Assembly: GCA_001567355.1 (NCBI GenBank)
Contig: JYNZ01000003.1
Coordinates: forward strand, 6,655-70,654
DNA: 64,000 nucleotides
Source: a candidate division WS6 bacterium OLB20
Lineage (GTDB): Bacteria; Patescibacteriota; Dojkabacteria; B142; OLB20
Direction of reading: 5' to 3'
The translations under genes and the position numbers were made by a program. The notes under the pieces are model-generated. The model saw nothing but the letters and a program-made list of their open reading frames with translations, was not told where the DNA came from and ran no database searches. This document shows, in pieces, positions 61,627 to 64,000 of the stretch (its first letter is position 1; every line of letters starts with the position of its first letter).

Positions 61627-62158
61627 AACGACGACACTTATTGCAGGACTCGGCAACGCCGGTCGGGATTATGAAAAGACCAGACATAATGCAGGCTTCA
61701 TGTTTGTTGACAGGCTGCTTTCCGACTGGGAGTTTACCGGTAACAGCACTATCAAAAAAAACGATCACTTTGAGCTGTTGCGATATCCGGCAGACAGGAT
61801 TGCACTGTTGAAACCGTTGCTGCTTATGAACCGCTCAGGGACAGCCGTCTCTGAGGCCCTGCGTCAGCTTCCTGATGGGGCAAAGCTTGTGGTGGCGTAT
61901 GATGATCTTGATATTGCGCTCGGGTCATACAAAATCCAGCAGGGAACATCGCCAAAGCGACACAACGGCATTAACAGTGTGATTGCAGCACTCGGAACAG
62001 ATGACTTTCTGCATGTTCGCATTGGCATTGAAAACCGCACAGATATACGGATCGAAGGAGCCGATTACGTTCTCGGAAGGTTCAGTGAAGAGGAACTAAG
62101 CAGCCTTGATGCAGTGCTGACAAAAGCAGCAGCAGAACTCAGACAGAGATTAGCCTGA
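61619..62158 (+). CDS. pth: Peptidyl-tRNA hydrolase
   Basis: LIAGLGNAGRDYEKTRHNAGFMFVDRL. Confidence 0.85.
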   Translation: MTETTTLIAGLGNAGRDYEKTRHNAGFMFVDRLLSDWEFTGNSTIKKNDHFELLRYPADRIALLKPLLLMNRSGTAVSEALRQLPDGAKLVVAYDDLDIALGSYKIQQGTSPKRHNGINSVIAALGTDDFLHVRIGIENRTDIRIEGADYVLGRFSEEELSSLDAVLTKAAAELRQRLA

Positions 62159-63241
62159 TTTATCAGCCAGTTTAGCCTCAGAGCTATTTTTGAGATCTGC
62201 TTCAGCTGTACCCCCAAAACGTCTGACACGACCGGCATAATCAAGCATTGCCCTGCGGAACTCCATTGGTCCGAAATCAGGGAAATAAATATTTGTGAAG
62301 TACAATTCGGCATATGTCGCCTGGTATGCCATGATACCGGACGTCCGGTGTTCACCCGACGTCCGGATTATCAGATCAGGATCCGGCAGTCCGGCACTAT
62401 CAAGGTACTGTGAGATCGTGGATTCTGTGACTTCTTTGACTCCGGCATCAATCATCTTATTTACCGCCCGGACAATATCATCACGTCCACCATAATCAAG
62501 ACACAGCTGCATACTGACAGCAGTATTATTTTTTGTTGCTTCTTCCAGTTCAGCAAGGGCATCCAGCACAGGCCGGGGCATTCGGTCTTTGCGACCCAGA
62601 TGCCTGAAGCGGATATTCTCGCGAGTCATAATGTCTTTATACTCCTGCAGATTATTGAGCAGCTGATCAAAGATCACTTTTACCTCCTTTGGATCACGTT
62701 CAGTCAGGTTTTCGGTTGATAGTGCCCAGAATGACAGATATTTAACCTCGAGATCCTTGCATTCTGCTATGTACTCCGCAATCCGCTGCGGCTGTGATGA
62801 TGTTTTGTGACCGATCCATGCCTTTAATCCCTGTTCGCGAGCCCAGCGCCGGTTACCATCAGGGATGATAACGACATGCTGCGGTATGCGGCGTTCTGTC
62901 CTCATACGCATAAGTTCCTTGCTGAGGTTGAGAAAGCTTTGTGCCTCATCCTGCAGAAACGGTTTCTCTTTTTCTACTTTGAAGGCCTTAAGTTTTTCTG
63001 TCGGTTCGCGCCACTCGTAATTCATTCCGGTAATCTTTACCGGGAAGGGTAGTTTAAGTATCCATGCCAGAAGTTCCTCCAGCTTTTTTTCAGAACCCTG
63101 AGCGAGAACAGTGACCCGACCGTCAGATTCGTTCTTAACGTAGCCTTTCAGCCCCAGAATATTGGCGTATTTACTCAGACTCCTGCGCAGATTAACTCCC
63201 TGCACAATCCCTCTGAGGTCTACCTGCAGTTCCTTGTCCAT
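62150..63241 (-). CDS. uppS: Acylphosphatase-undecaprenyl diphosphate synthase fusion protein
   Basis: Both acylphosphatase signatures (LRGIVQGVNLR; GYVKNESDGRVTV) at the N-terminus, a linker, then UppS (VVIIPDGNRRWAREQG...). The ORF is continuous. Confidence 0.7.
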   Translation of the reverse strand: MDKELQVDLRGIVQGVNLRRSLSKYANILGLKGYVKNESDGRVTVLAQGSEKKLEELLAWILKLPFPVKITGMNYEWREPTEKLKAFKVEKEKPFLQDEAQSFLNLSKELMRMRTERRIPQHVVIIPDGNRRWAREQGLKAWIGHKTSSQPQRIAEYIAECKDLEVKYLSFWALSTENLTERDPKEVKVIFDQLLNNLQEYKDIMTRENIRFRHLGRKDRMPRPVLDALAELEEATKNNTAVSMQLCLDYGGRDDIVRAVNKMIDAGVKEVTESTISQYLDSAGLPDPDLIIRTSGEHRTSGIMAYQATYAELYFTNIYFPDFGPMEFRRAMLDYAGRVRRFGGTAEADLKNSSEAKLADKSG

Positions 63242-63371
63242 AATGTTTCTAAAACCTAAGCAATACTACCGCACACAGGTCAAACTGTCCAGCGCAAGAA
63301 AAGCCCGATTGCCTTACTTGCCAAGCACAGCGCACAGTACTTATAATGCAGTAGCTTTCAAAATTGAATTC

Positions 63372-64000
63372 ATGTCACATAATCTCGCAAGTATAGACCT
63401 GCTGAACGAGCAGGGGGTACAGTACCAGGTCAGGGAATTTTCTCCAAAAGTGGAAAAAGGCGCCCTCTCAGTTGCAGCTGAACTGAATCTCAAGCCTGAA
63501 CAGGTGCTAAAAACACTCGTCTTTAAGAAGAAGTCCGGTGAACTGTTTATCGTTCTTGCCCAGGCAGAGCGGAAGATCGAAAAGCCGGTGATTAAACGGA
63601 TCGCAGGAGAGAAATCTTCGTTTGCCCCTGAGGATGAAATTCTTGAAAAACTCGGTTATGCAGTGGGCTCTATTCCGCCGTTCGGACTGAAGCTGAAACT
63701 GCCTGTATATATCGACGCTGCAGTCAAGCAAATGGACGAGGTTGCTGTGGGTGCAGGACAGTGGGGGATCGAGATCCTTCTCAGTCCGGCGGATCTGAAA
63801 CAGCTGACAGACGGAACCTTTACACAACTTGAAGAAGGTCAGGAGACAGAAGCAGAATTCAACTGGGAATCAATGCGGCTCGAAGACAGGTTTCTGCCAA
63901 GAATCGCTTCTGCAGCCGAACTTGATCCGGCTGTTTCCCTCCGTAACGTAGCGGATTACACAGAAAAGGAGATCACCGTTCACGGCTGGGTTTATAACAT
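63372..64000 (+). CDS. YbaK/ProX-type aminoacyl-tRNA deacylase domain fused to the N-terminus of a class II aaRS anticodon-binding OB domain; 3' end runs off the window
   Basis: The YbaK fold (ALSVAAELN...GYAVGSIPPFG) is followed by ...KEITVHGWVYN, the classic start of the AsnRS/AspRS OB domain. Confidence 0.5.
   Translation, partial: MSHNLASIDLLNEQGVQYQVREFSPKVEKGALSVAAELNLKPEQVLKTLVFKKKSGELFIVLAQAERKIEKPVIKRIAGEKSSFAPEDEILEKLGYAVGSIPPFGLKLKLPVYIDAAVKQMDEVAVGAGQWGIEILLSPADLKQLTDGTFTQLEEGQETEAEFNWESMRLEDRFLPRIASAAELDPAVSLRNVADYTEKEITVHGWVYN

Overview
The window looks like a roughly 50% GC bacterial chromosome segment in which Shine-Dalgarno motifs are almost absent upstream of genes. Gene content (sortase-type LPXTG signals, large PT-linker surface proteins, lamin-tail-domain and LysM proteins) is compatible with an uncultivated or Patescibacteria-like lineage, but the lineage cannot be fixed from sequence alone. 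Most of the window is housekeeping: tRNA-Gly; Fur regulator and CPBP protease; msrB; an AddA/PcrA-like helicase-nuclease; xseA and xseB; two SEDS FtsW/RodA genes; murG and galU; dnaE, ksgA, tgt and apbE; uvrB, rpsT and prfB; ftsE, ftsX and an M23 EnvC-like peptidase; truB; rplU and rpmA; dtd and pth; and an acylphosphatase-UppS fusion. Two very large proteins of about 1,390 aa each sit at 2717-6892 (secreted) and 8702-12880 (cytoplasmic, no recognisable domains). The main accessory feature is an AT-richer Neisseria-like type II-C cas9-cas1-cas2 operon on the minus strand at 34315-38743. It has no conventional CRISPR array in the window. Instead it is flanked by a promoter-plus-terminator small RNA with tracrRNA architecture just upstream of cas9, and by a convergent one-spacer mini-array downstream of cas2 whose repeats carry extended -10 elements. 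The assembly contains many single-nucleotide frameshifts, mostly in homopolymer runs: cas9 (two), cas2, murG, xseA (two), truB, a CaCA transporter, the helicase-nuclease, and probably ksgA and ftsE. Because the essential gene murG is hit, these are probably indel errors, but they need checking before calling pseudogenes.
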